The position numbers and the translations under genes are program-made. The notes below the pieces were generated by a model. That model was not told the origin of the DNA and did not search any database. It was given only the letters and a program-made list of their open reading frames with translations. Of a stretch of 64,000 nucleotides of DNA, positions 49,101 to 60,095 are shown piece by piece (position 1 is the first letter of the stretch; the number at the start of each line of letters is the position of its first letter). Source of the DNA: an uncultured virus (IMG/VR IMGVR_UViG_3300042937_001207) (lineage: Duplodnaviria > Heunggongvirae > Uroviricota > Caudoviricetes); IMG/VR virus record IMGVR_UViG_3300042937_001207, one strand, 5' to 3'.

Positions 49101-51384
49101 ACATGAACGACCTGGTTCCCCAGTCGGGGCAATGCGGGCAGCAACAAACACGGCAACTCCAGATACATTTTCTCCAAACATAGAAAATAGGCGTGCAAGA
49201 AGAAATAAAATAAAAAAACAAAAACCAGATAAAAGATTTTCTGCTGTTCAATCAATATCGACTATTGCATCCGAAAGACAGAACTCAGCTGGTCCAATTG
49301 GGCGTATTGAAAAATATCCACTCCCACGGCCAACAGCGAACGATTGGCTGTATGACATCAATGGAGTAAAACAAAAAATCGATGAAATAGAATCAAAAGT
49401 AGATTCAATGTTTAGGGGTAAACCCAAAAAACTAAGACATGCCATGGAAAATATTCGCTCAATTGTAGAAATGATGAATAATTCTGGAATAAACACAGAA
49501 GTAACCCCATCGTATTTCCTGCTTTCATCGATGCCCGCACTAAAAGATGCGCTCGGAGGCAGATATTCTGGTCCTGGAACACCAATATCACCAGCTGAGC
49601 TTGGAGCGTACTACGCTCTAATGCATCACCTAATGGAATACCCTGAAGCCTTCAGAGATGTTTCTCTTGACTTTAGCGCTCTCAACATGCCTGACCAGCC
49701 AGCACAAAATGCACCCGGTGGAACAACAGCGATACTGCCAACATACATGGAATTTACACAAAACAGGTTAAGTATTGCTTCTCCAGGAATTCGTCCAGAT
49801 GTACAACTACCCGGTCTTGAAGGTCGCGTGATTGTTTCGGACGCTGGAATAGATGACATGACCCAGGTCGGCGTATCAATTAATCCAAAGCTCAGACGAG
49901 CAAAAAAGGGAATAATGGTTTCACTTCCAGCAATACCATACAATCAAGGTAAGAATCCAGTGTTCTTTGTTCCTGGGATTGGTGATATTCAACTGCAACT
50001 TGAAGAAATTCCAAACGGAATAGTTGATGCAACCATAACCACAATGCTTGAAATGGCAACAAACAAAGACCAAACCTCTGACGGGATTATGGATACAACA
50101 ATAGCAACGGCCGTATCTCAGCTATCTCAAGAAATAGCAAACAAATACGAAGAAGCGATGAGCCTTGCGCGCCAAAAACCAGCACAAAGAAATCAAATAG
50201 TTTCAAATGCAACACGTGAAGCAATTGATGGATTTGACGAAATGTTGAGAATTTCCACATTTTTAGTAGGAGTGCACGAATTTGGACACCTGCTTGATGG
50301 AGTTGGAAACTGGAGAAACTCAAAAAACGCATCAAACAAAAATTCAGGAAACGGTCTGAATTCCGCACGTGAATTTAGGTTGGCAGTAGCAGAATTGTCA
50401 GCAATTGAGTCCGGCATGCAGTCACCTTTCGTAGATGATATTGCAGATACATATGCAACTAAATTTTTTACAGAACAGGTAAGAGACGCTATTCAAACAA
50501 AAATTTCACACGACCAAATGATAAAAGAAATTCCTGCAATGATTGACGAAAGAAACAGACTTGCGGAATTACTAATTGACGCTGAAACCAACCTGTCCTC
50601 TTCAATGGCTGGAGCCGGTTTGCTGGATATAAGAAACAGCATGGAAGACGCTCTTTCAAGTGGCTCAGGGATTGAGGCTATTCTGAACTCGATACTTGGC
50701 TCAATCGGCGGCCGAACCCAAGATGAATCGCTGCAACAACTTCAGGAAATGCGGGAAACTTTGACTGTGATGGATAGTCAGCTTATGCAGGCAAAACAAA
50801 TGATGGATTTGTTTCAAAATAAATTACAAAATCTAGTCCCTATTTTGAAATGGCTAAACAGTCAGACATTCGCACTAGACAGAGCTGGTTATGTGACCAC
50901 CGACATTTTAACTGGAAACAAGAATGCAGTAGACGAGTTTATGCAAAACTTTGCAAAAACTGTTTATGGAAAAAATAGCTGGTTTGATGCAAACGGAAAA
51001 TTTGATAAATCAAAATATGTTGCTTCTGTAATTGAGAAAGTTAACGATGATTCTCTCTACCAACAACTTTTAACGAATGTGACCGAGTTGATTAACATGC
51101 AGGATAACAATGGCTGGAAAAACTTATCCGATGAAGAAATTGAAGGAATAGCAGCTCTCTTGCCATACATATCCATATACGCCGGACCAGCCTATTACCC
51201 AGGACAAAAACCAGCAAAAAACTACGTGCAATCCAATGCTGAAGGTTATGCAGAATTGCATGTTGCAAAAATACTTGAACAGGCTGGTGGGCTTGCACAG
51301 TTCTCCGAACAGGAGAAAGACCTTCTTGATAGGCTTCATTCAAGAATGATTGAATGGGCTTCAGGAAATGGTGAAGGGATGTAA
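46141..51384 (+). CDS. 1747-codon double-zincin protein interrupted by one in-frame TAA (47788-47790)
   Basis: ORFs 46141..47790 and 47893..51384 are in the same frame and the gap is open (IDADEFGNTFG...). HELNH and HEFGH motifs are present. Confidence 0.75.
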
Positions 51385-51385
51385 C

Positions 51386-51817
51386 ATGGAAGATGTAAAT
51401 AAAAATTCAGATAGAGATTTCATTGAACTACTTGACAGGATAAACAAGACCCCAATTAAGGACTTGATTGAGCAAGGCGGGTTTGATGGCACTGTTCAGT
51501 ATGGTCAGTTTGATGAAAAAATCGGGATTGTTGACAAATTCTCAAACAACTGGGAGCCTTCAGACGCAACTAGAAGCAGAATAAAGAACCTATTGGGTGG
51601 CGAAATTTACAAAAACTCATCAGAAACAGTTAAAAAGATAATTACGGCACTAGAAGCAAACAGGTTGATGCGGGAAAAAAATGACTATTTTAAAAATCAA
51701 GACAAAAAAATCAACATCGGAGAGTCTTTGCTTTTAGGTGATTCTGCAATTGAAAAAATAAACAAAGCCCTAGAAGATATAAACAATTTGGAAAGCGAAG
51801 ATGATGAGCGAAAATAA
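51386..51817 (+). CDS. hypothetical protein
   Basis: MEDVNKNS starts 1 nt after the zincin gene stop. 143 aa. Confidence 0.65.
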   Translation: MEDVNKNSDRDFIELLDRINKTPIKDLIEQGGFDGTVQYGQFDEKIGIVDKFSNNWEPSDATRSRIKNLLGGEIYKNSSETVKKIITALEANRLMREKNDYFKNQDKKINIGESLLLGDSAIEKINKALEDINNLESEDDERK

Positions 51818-52409
51818 TTACATACCAGATAAACTTATAATAAAGAATCTTGGTAATACTTCTGAAAAGCTTGCTGTATCACCAGATGCAATTCCACAAG
51901 AAAGAATTACCGGAGACCTCCTAAGGGGTCGTGGGCCAAGACGAGGGAACCTTGAGAGGCTTCTAAGATATTGGCGTCCAATCATGAAAAAACCAGGTGG
52001 ATTTAGGCGCTGTCGCGTGATACTCGCAGACCATCCAGAGCTATATCCACTTAACAATATCTGTGCATGGCTCCATCACGAGACAACAGGTTTGTGGCCC
52101 AATGAAGGATGCCATCACCCCGGCATGAAAAACTGCAGAAAAAAAATTCGTGGAGTCGTTCAGGGTTCAATATGGAACGACCAAGAGTTTGACGACAGAA
52201 TCAAAAAAATAACTTCAAGAGCAGGTAGAAAGACGGCAATTGCGTCTGGTCAGAGCACTTTTGCTGATGAACCGTTTACGCCAGTTGTTACCAACGAGGA
52301 TTGGGACCATGCTTTTAAAGTACTAGAACAGTTTATTTCAATGGAGCAGGATTTTTCTAGCTGGGTTGCAAATGACGAAAATTGGGAATTAGAAGAATTT
52401 GATGCCTAA
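51801..52409 (+). CDS. hypothetical head-cluster protein
   Basis: GNLERLLRYW...GGFRRC...ICAWLHHETTGLWP, a pattern recalled from actinophage head-region proteins. Confidence 0.65.
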   Translation: MMSENNYIPDKLIIKNLGNTSEKLAVSPDAIPQERITGDLLRGRGPRRGNLERLLRYWRPIMKKPGGFRRCRVILADHPELYPLNNICAWLHHETTGLWPNEGCHHPGMKNCRKKIRGVVQGSIWNDQEFDDRIKKITSRAGRKTAIASGQSTFADEPFTPVVTNEDWDHAFKVLEQFISMEQDFSSWVANDENWELEEFDA

Positions 52410-54462
52410 AAAAACTAGCGAATGCGCTGCGTGCGAAAAAACAAGTGTTACGAGAAATCGAACACTCATGCCGGCGATTGCTGTAACACGCCCAAATATT
52501 GTCAAGTCACCGCTTGTTGTGGTTGGTGACAAGCAAAGCGCAATTGAATTTAAATGCAGGGCCCAAATTACATCTTCTAAGAACAATCTAATTATGACAA
52601 AAGCTGGAATAGTTAGTAGCGACAACCCAATCGTAAGGGCGGCCCAGAGCGGAGTGAGTTCTCTAATCCCAGGTGATTTAAAAAATCCATTACGCTCAGC
52701 GGCCTGGTCAATGATTTCACCCGGCGGTAGCGGTTTGCCAAATCCGCTAGCTAGAGCAAGCTCTGGCGGATTCCCAAAACCGGAACGTGGATTCAGGTGC
52801 CCTGAGGGTTTTCAATTTGGCGGAAGATTTACAAACAAGTACTACACGACATGTGGTAAAAGACTATTTGAACTTGCAACTTCGATAGCAGCCGGTCTTC
52901 AAAATGTATCAGAGCTTTCGTCAAGAAATACCCCTAGACAAATCAGTGCTGCTGGTCGAGTAATAAAGCCTTTGATTGGAAATAACCAGGTTTCATTATT
53001 AAGACAACCAAACATAATAATTCCAAAAGTTTCAAGAATGAATTTTGCTGCCTACAAGAGAGCTATTGAGAACGTTGTTCAAGAGATGACTCCTGTATCC
53101 GGGGGCCTGGCACGGCTTGTACGCAGGGATGGTGTTGTTCTTACACCGGTCGTATCATCTAGGGTTTTGCGCACCGTTCCAGACAATAGGGACATGGAGG
53201 GTGCTACATATGTGCAAAAAATAGTTTCTGCTTCAGAACTTGGAAAAACAGAACTTGGCATGCTTTCAAACACTGGAGTCAACAGTCTTTTATATGTTCT
53301 TCCAGAGGGCTCGACGATAACACTAAGAAAAAAAAGAAACTTAACACCTGGTGAAAGAAGAAAACTAGGTAAAACTGTTGCAGAAGCAGAACGAATGAAG
53401 ATAGGCCAAAATCCAGCCGCGCGTCTAGAGATGGTAGCCGCGGAAATGAATGGCGCAATTGCTTATGAACAAAAATTCAATAAAATCCAAAATCCAAATG
53501 ATGTAATAGAAGTAACATTGCCAAAAAGCAACATCAAAAAGCAGATGCGTAAATGGCATTACCAAGCATTTATTGAAACACCAAAACCAATTATCAGCGA
53601 GAGAAAAACCCAGATAGAGGATGAGTCTGGATTTGTTGAAAAACTATCAGAAGCGATAAAGCTTATTGATTCGGGTGGACAAATTGGAAATATTAAACCA
53701 AACATGCGTGGCACGGCTTTGGGGAAAAGCAAAACTGTTGATACCAAAAAGATAAACAACAGGCTTACAGAGCACGAGATTGGTAGACAGAAAATATACG
53801 AGGTCTCACCAACCCACGAATATGAACATCTTGGTTCAATGTTTTCATCAGAAATTCAATCACACCTAGGAATGATGTCACCAGATGTATGGTTTTCTGG
53901 TGAGGGTGCAAGACGACGATATTTAGTTTCTTACCCAAATGACTCAACAGCCACTTCGCGTTCAACCAGAACAGCATCAATGGATATGGCGAGCCCATCA
54001 GATATGGCTAGGCTTTTTATTTCGGATTTGCTTACTGATTCCAAGATGAGAAACCCGTCATCGATATACACAATATCTACAGGCTCAAAAAAGAGAACAT
54101 TTGCAAGTCCTTCCATATATTCTGGCCTTGCTGGTATTGGAAGAAGAGAACAAAATATCCGAATAGCCATGCCAATAAAAGAACTTTTACTCGAGAATGA
54201 TAAAGTTACATATAAAGATTATTTTGCCAAATTAAGAAAAGACCAAAAAGTAAGAGTTTTATCAATGTTGGTTGAACTTCTTGAAAGAGCAAGGTCCTTC
54301 GACTTTGATGATTTTGCAAATAGAATGGCTATTGACGGAGAAATTACTTCATCAGAAAGACAGCACATTGCTGTAATGAAGTCTTTGTACGAATCAAGGG
54401 TTAGAAAGCTATCAACATCTGTCTCGATGATAAAAAAATATGTAGGTCAATCAAATGAGTAA
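52399..54462 (+). CDS. module-B protein with degenerate HipA/PI3K-like C-terminal domain
   Basis: RCPEGFQFGGRFTN...C module, then SEIQSHLGMMSPDV...LFISDLLTDSKMRNPSSI. Confidence 0.6.
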   Translation: MMPKKTSECAACEKTSVTRNRTLMPAIAVTRPNIVKSPLVVVGDKQSAIEFKCRAQITSSKNNLIMTKAGIVSSDNPIVRAAQSGVSSLIPGDLKNPLRSAAWSMISPGGSGLPNPLARASSGGFPKPERGFRCPEGFQFGGRFTNKYYTTCGKRLFELATSIAAGLQNVSELSSRNTPRQISAAGRVIKPLIGNNQVSLLRQPNIIIPKVSRMNFAAYKRAIENVVQEMTPVSGGLARLVRRDGVVLTPVVSSRVLRTVPDNRDMEGATYVQKIVSASELGKTELGMLSNTGVNSLLYVLPEGSTITLRKKRNLTPGERRKLGKTVAEAERMKIGQNPAARLEMVAAEMNGAIAYEQKFNKIQNPNDVIEVTLPKSNIKKQMRKWHYQAFIETPKPIISERKTQIEDESGFVEKLSEAIKLIDSGGQIGNIKPNMRGTALGKSKTVDTKKINNRLTEHEIGRQKIYEVSPTHEYEHLGSMFSSEIQSHLGMMSPDVWFSGEGARRRYLVSYPNDSTATSRSTRTASMDMASPSDMARLFISDLLTDSKMRNPSSIYTISTGSKKRTFASPSIYSGLAGIGRREQNIRIAMPIKELLLENDKVTYKDYFAKLRKDQKVRVLSMLVELLERARSFDFDDFANRMAIDGEITSSERQHIAVMKSLYESRVRKLSTSVSMIKKYVGQSNE

Positions 54463-57400
54463 ATTTATTGTAATAACAGACTCTGATACAAAAATACCGT
54501 TTGGCGCCATTGTCACGTCTCAGAATAGATTGACATGTATTGGGAATACATTACAGGCAAACGACTGGGCATCATGGGCGAACTCCGTGGGTCTTGGCGC
54601 CCAAGATATTTTGGACTCTCTTGATTTTGGGTTAGAAGCCGATAACCCCAGAGCTCTAAACAATGAAACGCTATCTAATCTCTCCGAGAAGTTTTCGCCA
54701 AAAACTCTCAAAAAACTGCAAGACCTAATTGACGACAGTATTCTAAAAATTGAAAAAAAATCCATTCCTGACGATATGGATGAATTCTACTCAGAGGAAG
54801 AATTTCAGTTAATAACCGATTGGCCAATAACGGACATAGCATTAAGTCTTGTCGAAGTTCAGTTCAAGAGAAGCGCAGTAAACTTCAAAGCAAAAGCATT
54901 CATTTCAGACAAAGCTTCTTCTTCTTTGTTGCTTGGCGCTAAGGGCGTAAGAGCGGTTTGGGACCCAGACAGCCCGGGTGGCGGAGCCTGGAGATGCCCA
55001 CCGACAAGCGGAGATACAGCAGGACAGTTCACGAACAGATTTGGACGAGGATGTTTGCCCGGAATGGCCAGACGTCTTGGCTCAAGACTAATTGATTTGG
55101 CTGGAGGAGACCTCAACACGCCTCTTGGCGAGCGTGGGGCCATGCTTGAGGCTACAGGAGATTTGCGTTCGGCACAGGCGCTCTCAAGGGCCTCTAGAGC
55201 CCAAGCAAACAAAATACGCTCACAGCAGAGAAGAATTGAAAGAAGAATCGCCAAACTTGAAGAACCGATAGACACGGATATCGTTGACACATACATACCG
55301 AAACCAAAAGCACGCTCAAACAGAAGAAATAGCAGAGCTGAAAGACTTGCGAGTTTTGCAGACAGGGTTTCTGGGCAAAGAGTTACTCCAAAGCAAAACG
55401 AATCAGAATTGGTTGACGCTGATGTTGTAACTTCAAGAACAGCAAGACGTGCAGAACAACGCTCCGGTACAAGAGAGCAATTAGCCCTACCTGCAGCACC
55501 ATTAAACGTCTCACCTACGGAGAATGATGAAACCGTTTTGCCAAGCTCTAATAGAAGAGTTAAAAAAGGCAAGACTCCAAAATCTTCTCCAATTGACAAA
55601 AAGGTAAGAGGCCGTTCATTGGCCCCAGATGATGAATTTGAAGCAAATAGGAAAAGAGAGAAGAAGCGTAAAAAAATTGGCAAGACACCAGCTGGTTCCG
55701 GAGAGTCAATGCGCTCTCGAGCAGCTCAAAGACTTGACAGACTTGCAAATAGGCTGAACAAACCAAAAACCGATTATTCAGTGCTTCCAGATGAATCAGC
55801 AAAAAACAACAAACCAACAGGAGTCAGACAGCGAGCACGGTCCGTTGCGCTAAGCAAGAACAACCCACGAAATTTGATGTATGGAAATATAGTCCCATCT
55901 CAAAGAGTTGCCAAAACAATCAAAGATTGGGATGCGTACACTCCTGCCGAACAAACCTTAATTGAAAACTCAATGAAGAAAGCAAGAACTAGGCTCGAAA
56001 ATGGTTGGAGAAATAGAATTGGCCTGAAACCCCAAGAAGAAATGACCGAGGATTCAATCCAGCAATGGATGGCAAACTTGGCAAAAACTCAACCAAGAAA
56101 AGCTGCAATTATAAAGAATCAAGCGCACAACATAGTTGTTCTTGATGACTTCCTAGATTCAACCGACCCACTATACCCAAATAATAAAAAATCAGATTGG
56201 ACGGCGCTAAAGCCTGGGCTAAGAGAGTGGATTCTTGAAGATGCAGGTCTTCTTTCTAAAACCACAAATAAACCAGCTCGCCCGGCTCAAACGGCACCGA
56301 AGCCTCCAAAAAGACCAAGAAAAACAAATACTGTTAGTGTTCAACCTATTGTCAACACAGACACTACAGACCCCGTAGACACACCAGAAAATGCTCCCGA
56401 CCAAGTTGAAATTCCTGAAGTATTAAATGTTGACTCAAGTATTGAGGAATCAAATGATGAAGTAACAAATGTTGTTATACCTTCAGTGGAGCACGGAACA
56501 CAGGACGCTTCAGAAAATGCTCAGTATATTCTTGAGGAGTACACAGGTCTTTTAAGAGACCCAGTATCAGGCCAATACCAAGAAGATTATTCTGGCTTCC
56601 CGATAACCCTAGATACAGAATTTATACCTATGCAGCCATACCCAGTAATGCAGCGCTCTGCAAAAACTGGTGCAGAAATAGTTTCATATCCAAAAATCAA
56701 ATCAAATGTTGGGGGGCAAGATAGGTTTGTTTCTCTAGCTCCTGGAACCCACGAATATAGCGTCAATTCATATAAAGAAGCAAGAGACGCCATCTGGGAA
56801 AGCTTGCCAGACAGGGTCAAAAAAGATTCACCCGGTTTGCGAGTAATTGACATACCGGCCAACGACGACGGCACCCCAGGAACACCGCAAAAAGCAATAA
56901 GAGAAGATACTGGAACAAGTTTTTTTGCCGCACAAAGAAGTTACTACCGCTCTTCGCAAATGGTTCGAGGTCTTGATGACGGTGACTACACCCTTGCTCA
57001 ACCATTATTCATTGCTCAAGACAAGGACGTCGGTTGGACATACTCAACCACGGAAGCATCCAAGGTCATGGAGGCAGTCAATAAAGCCCTCACATCAAAT
57101 GACGGCGGGGATTGGTACAAGGCTTGGATAGAGCTAAAAAGAGCACACACCGATGCCGTCAACTCAAGAGACTCGGCTTTGGCCGACTGGAGAAGAACTC
57201 CGAAAAACAATCAAAGACAAAGAAGAGATTTTGTGCTTAATGCACAATTTGCAGAAACACTTGAGGAAATTGCGGAGAAAGTATTCCCTTCAGTATTCCC
57301 AAGAATAACTGAGTCGATTAGAAGCACAATGCAAGACGCATCAAAGATTAGAAATCGACTTGCACAGGCAAGAATTAAAGCACAAAAAGACGGAACTAGA

Positions 57401-58768
57401 ATTGTTGGAGGAGTTGACCCAACACTTTTGGCTCCTCTAAAGGATGAAGACAATAACTTCATACTAAGAAGTCCACAAGAAATTGAAAGTCTTTTTGATA
57501 AAAATAGAACTTTGGGTTTGTTTGAACAACAACCTACAGTTCTTCAACCAGGTGAAGAATACGCACTTTCATCTTTAACTGAAGCCCAAATTGAATACTT
57601 TAATACAGTACAGCTTTCACGAGAGCAAGATGTTGACTACATTACAGCCGAGAGTGTCGGGAATAAAGAAAAGGCAATGCATATTGCAGCAAACGGGCTG
57701 AATGGTTATAGCGACCAAACTGTTGTTGTTACAACAGAAGAAGCTGAATCATTATTAAAAATGCTTGACGAAAACGACCAACCAATGTACCTTCCTATAC
57801 AAAGAGGAATATCCAGAAGCAAGACTGGCAAGAGCCAAAAAGAAATGGTTCTGGATTACATATTTAGGGGTAGATATATTACCGCGGGAGAAGGTGGAGC
57901 TGCGGGTGGCGAAGGTGACAACTTCTCGTCAGCGGTCAGACCTATTACCGGATACCACGGAAACAGAGAAGATAAAGCGGCAATTTTTGCGTTGGTACCA
58001 CGTACTGGAAGAATCATAAACCGTGGTGACATGAATGCGCTTGCCCGTCAGATTGATGGATTGGTTGGATTTTTTGATGCAAAAATAAATCGTGATGACT
58101 CGCATAGCTCTCACTCATCAAATTGGAGAATTAGTAATCTTGACTCTGCTTGGCAAGAAATTGCACAGAACATGCTCCAAATGCCACAGAATGCAGAATG
58201 GTCTGATGCAGAAACAATCAACGGGCTTTACACTTCAATCGTCGCAGGACTCTCCACAACTAGGCCAGCAGATAACGATTACGCGTTTTCTATTTCATCA
58301 TATGAAATGAGGAGCTACGAGGACAATGACCTTCTTGAAAATCCAATCGGAGGCAAAGATTGGTTTGAGGCAACAAGAAACGAAATATTTGGTTGGTATG
58401 TTCAACTCGAAATTGCAAAAAATGCTCTTTATGCAATGGGTGCTACATCTGACGAGGAACGTGTACAGAGACTATTTAGAAGCCAACAATACCTACGTCA
58501 CCTGAGCGACGAGGTACTATTTGCTCCAATTCTTGGAATTGACCTTTATCTAAGCGACGGTAATTCAAATTACAACAGAGACCCAATAAAGCCATACTTG
58601 AGAATCCCGCCTGGTAAATACAATGACCAAACTCACATAATGGTCAATAACAGAACCGGCTTGATACTCCTTAATGAGCCAACATCAATTGAGGATATCT
58701 CTGAATGGCTGGGTACAATAGAGGTCACCAAAAAAGATGGAACTACGGAAAATATCTACAAGAGATAG
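54455..58768 (+). CDS. large module-B protein with possible ADP-ribosyltransferase-like C-terminal domain
   Basis: 1437 aa with RCPPTSGDTAGQFTNRFGRGC, IQRG...GEGGAAGGEGDNFS and HIMVNNRTGLIL. Confidence 0.6.
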   Translation: MSKFIVITDSDTKIPFGAIVTSQNRLTCIGNTLQANDWASWANSVGLGAQDILDSLDFGLEADNPRALNNETLSNLSEKFSPKTLKKLQDLIDDSILKIEKKSIPDDMDEFYSEEEFQLITDWPITDIALSLVEVQFKRSAVNFKAKAFISDKASSSLLLGAKGVRAVWDPDSPGGGAWRCPPTSGDTAGQFTNRFGRGCLPGMARRLGSRLIDLAGGDLNTPLGERGAMLEATGDLRSAQALSRASRAQANKIRSQQRRIERRIAKLEEPIDTDIVDTYIPKPKARSNRRNSRAERLASFADRVSGQRVTPKQNESELVDADVVTSRTARRAEQRSGTREQLALPAAPLNVSPTENDETVLPSSNRRVKKGKTPKSSPIDKKVRGRSLAPDDEFEANRKREKKRKKIGKTPAGSGESMRSRAAQRLDRLANRLNKPKTDYSVLPDESAKNNKPTGVRQRARSVALSKNNPRNLMYGNIVPSQRVAKTIKDWDAYTPAEQTLIENSMKKARTRLENGWRNRIGLKPQEEMTEDSIQQWMANLAKTQPRKAAIIKNQAHNIVVLDDFLDSTDPLYPNNKKSDWTALKPGLREWILEDAGLLSKTTNKPARPAQTAPKPPKRPRKTNTVSVQPIVNTDTTDPVDTPENAPDQVEIPEVLNVDSSIEESNDEVTNVVIPSVEHGTQDASENAQYILEEYTGLLRDPVSGQYQEDYSGFPITLDTEFIPMQPYPVMQRSAKTGAEIVSYPKIKSNVGGQDRFVSLAPGTHEYSVNSYKEARDAIWESLPDRVKKDSPGLRVIDIPANDDGTPGTPQKAIREDTGTSFFAAQRSYYRSSQMVRGLDDGDYTLAQPLFIAQDKDVGWTYSTTEASKVMEAVNKALTSNDGGDWYKAWIELKRAHTDAVNSRDSALADWRRTPKNNQRQRRDFVLNAQFAETLEEIAEKVFPSVFPRITESIRSTMQDASKIRNRLAQARIKAQKDGTRIVGGVDPTLLAPLKDEDNNFILRSPQEIESLFDKNRTLGLFEQQPTVLQPGEEYALSSLTEAQIEYFNTVQLSREQDVDYITAESVGNKEKAMHIAANGLNGYSDQTVVVTTEEAESLLKMLDENDQPMYLPIQRGISRSKTGKSQKEMVLDYIFRGRYITAGEGGAAGGEGDNFSSAVRPITGYHGNREDKAAIFALVPRTGRIINRGDMNALARQIDGLVGFFDAKINRDDSHSSHSSNWRISNLDSAWQEIAQNMLQMPQNAEWSDAETINGLYTSIVAGLSTTRPADNDYAFSISSYEMRSYEDNDLLENPIGGKDWFEATRNEIFGWYVQLEIAKNALYAMGATSDEERVQRLFRSQQYLRHLSDEVLFAPILGIDLYLSDGNSNYNRDPIKPYLRIPPGKYNDQTHIMVNNRTGLILLNEPTSIEDISEWLGTIEVTKKDGTTENIYKR

Positions 58769-58777
58769 GCAGTCAAA

Positions 58778-59200
58778 ATGGAACTAGAACCTCAAGAACT
58801 TTTCAAAAAAGTAATAGAAAATAGAAATTCATTGACTGAAGAAGAGTTTGTGATACTCGACAACGCCATAGAAAAAATGACCGAAGACTTTATCTCCTTG
58901 ATGGAGTTCGCTAAATTTCCGCCTCTTTCATACAGGAAAGCAAATTTAGGTAGAGATTTTAAACAAGACATTAAAAAAGAGTGGTCTCTTTATACCTACG
59001 GGGATAAAGCTTACGACAAATTTTCCGAAATAGAACAAAAATTTCAAGCTGAGATTTCAGAAGCTGATGTGTATCGCTCAATGTCATTAACCCCAGAGAA
59101 AGCTGCAATGCAATTTGCTGAAGATGTTGGCATAGGAAGCGGCTCAGCTGTTCTTCAAGATTTCTCGTACTGGGATGGCGATGCGGAGGTGCCGGTGTGA
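58778..59200 (+). CDS. hypothetical acidic protein
   Basis: 140-aa ORF tightly following the 1437-aa gene. Confidence 0.65.
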   Translation: MELEPQELFKKVIENRNSLTEEEFVILDNAIEKMTEDFISLMEFAKFPPLSYRKANLGRDFKQDIKKEWSLYTYGDKAYDKFSEIEQKFQAEISEADVYRSMSLTPEKAAMQFAEDVGIGSGSAVLQDFSYWDGDAEVPV

Positions 59201-60030
59201 GTGATTCAGAAAGAAAAAAACAGGTTTTAAAGATTGCTAGATATATGGGTTGCCGTGGAGCACACCAAAACGAAAAAGGCGAATGGATGCCCTGTGCCGA
59301 CCGTCAGACTCTGCAAAGATTAAGCGACGAAGCAGAAAATGAATCTTTTTTGCAAAAATCTGAAATTGAAGAAAAAACTGCAAATTATACAAAACCAAAA
59401 CTTAGAGAAGAGATAAAAAACAGAATCATGGCCGGCTCCAGAGGTGGAAAACCAGGTCAATGGTCGGCCAGAAAAGCACAGCTGGTTGCTCAGGAGTACA
59501 AGAAGCGTGGTGGCGGTTACAAGGGTGGGAAGACTGGAAAACAACGGTCTCTATCAAAGTGGACAAAAGAAAAATGGACGACATCCGACGGCAAGCCAGC
59601 AATAAGGACCGGGGGAACTAGAAGATACCTGCCATCAAAGGCTTGGTCAAAACTTACCCCAGCTCAAAAAAGAGCAACAAACAATAAGAAACGAAAAGGC
59701 AGTAATTCGGGTCAACAGTTTGTTCAAAATACAGAAGCAGCTGCACGGGCTAGACGTTCTGCCACAAAATCTCACCAACCAATAATTTTGGTTAAATCAA
59801 AAATTGTTGAGCGCCTTGAATCAATTGATAACGGCTCTCCAAGAAAATCCAAAAGAAAAGCACGTGGTAAAAATTGGGAAAAATTGCAGGAACGCGGCCC
59901 AGTCGGCATATCGTCGCTAGAAGGTGGTGGAATAGTCTCTGCACCGATTTTGTCTAAAATAATTGACGTTGACAACAGGGCCCCTTCAAGCAGAAAACTC
60001 AAAGCCAATAAGAGGGTTATACCTGAATAG
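59197..60030 (+). CDS. basic protein with DUF5872-like domain
   Basis: NYTKPKLRE...GGKPGQWSARKAQL...YKKRGGGY...SLSKWTKEKW...RYLP (resemblance recalled, not searched). N-terminal GC.G...WMPC module. Confidence 0.7.
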   Translation: MSDSERKKQVLKIARYMGCRGAHQNEKGEWMPCADRQTLQRLSDEAENESFLQKSEIEEKTANYTKPKLREEIKNRIMAGSRGGKPGQWSARKAQLVAQEYKKRGGGYKGGKTGKQRSLSKWTKEKWTTSDGKPAIRTGGTRRYLPSKAWSKLTPAQKRATNNKKRKGSNSGQQFVQNTEAAARARRSATKSHQPIILVKSKIVERLESIDNGSPRKSKRKARGKNWEKLQERGPVGISSLEGGGIVSAPILSKIIDVDNRAPSSRKLKANKRVIPE

Positions 60031-60095
60031 CAAATAGTCGGCTATATTTGTTGGTACGATAAACGCGCTTACAAATAGCAAGGCTATGGGGCAAA

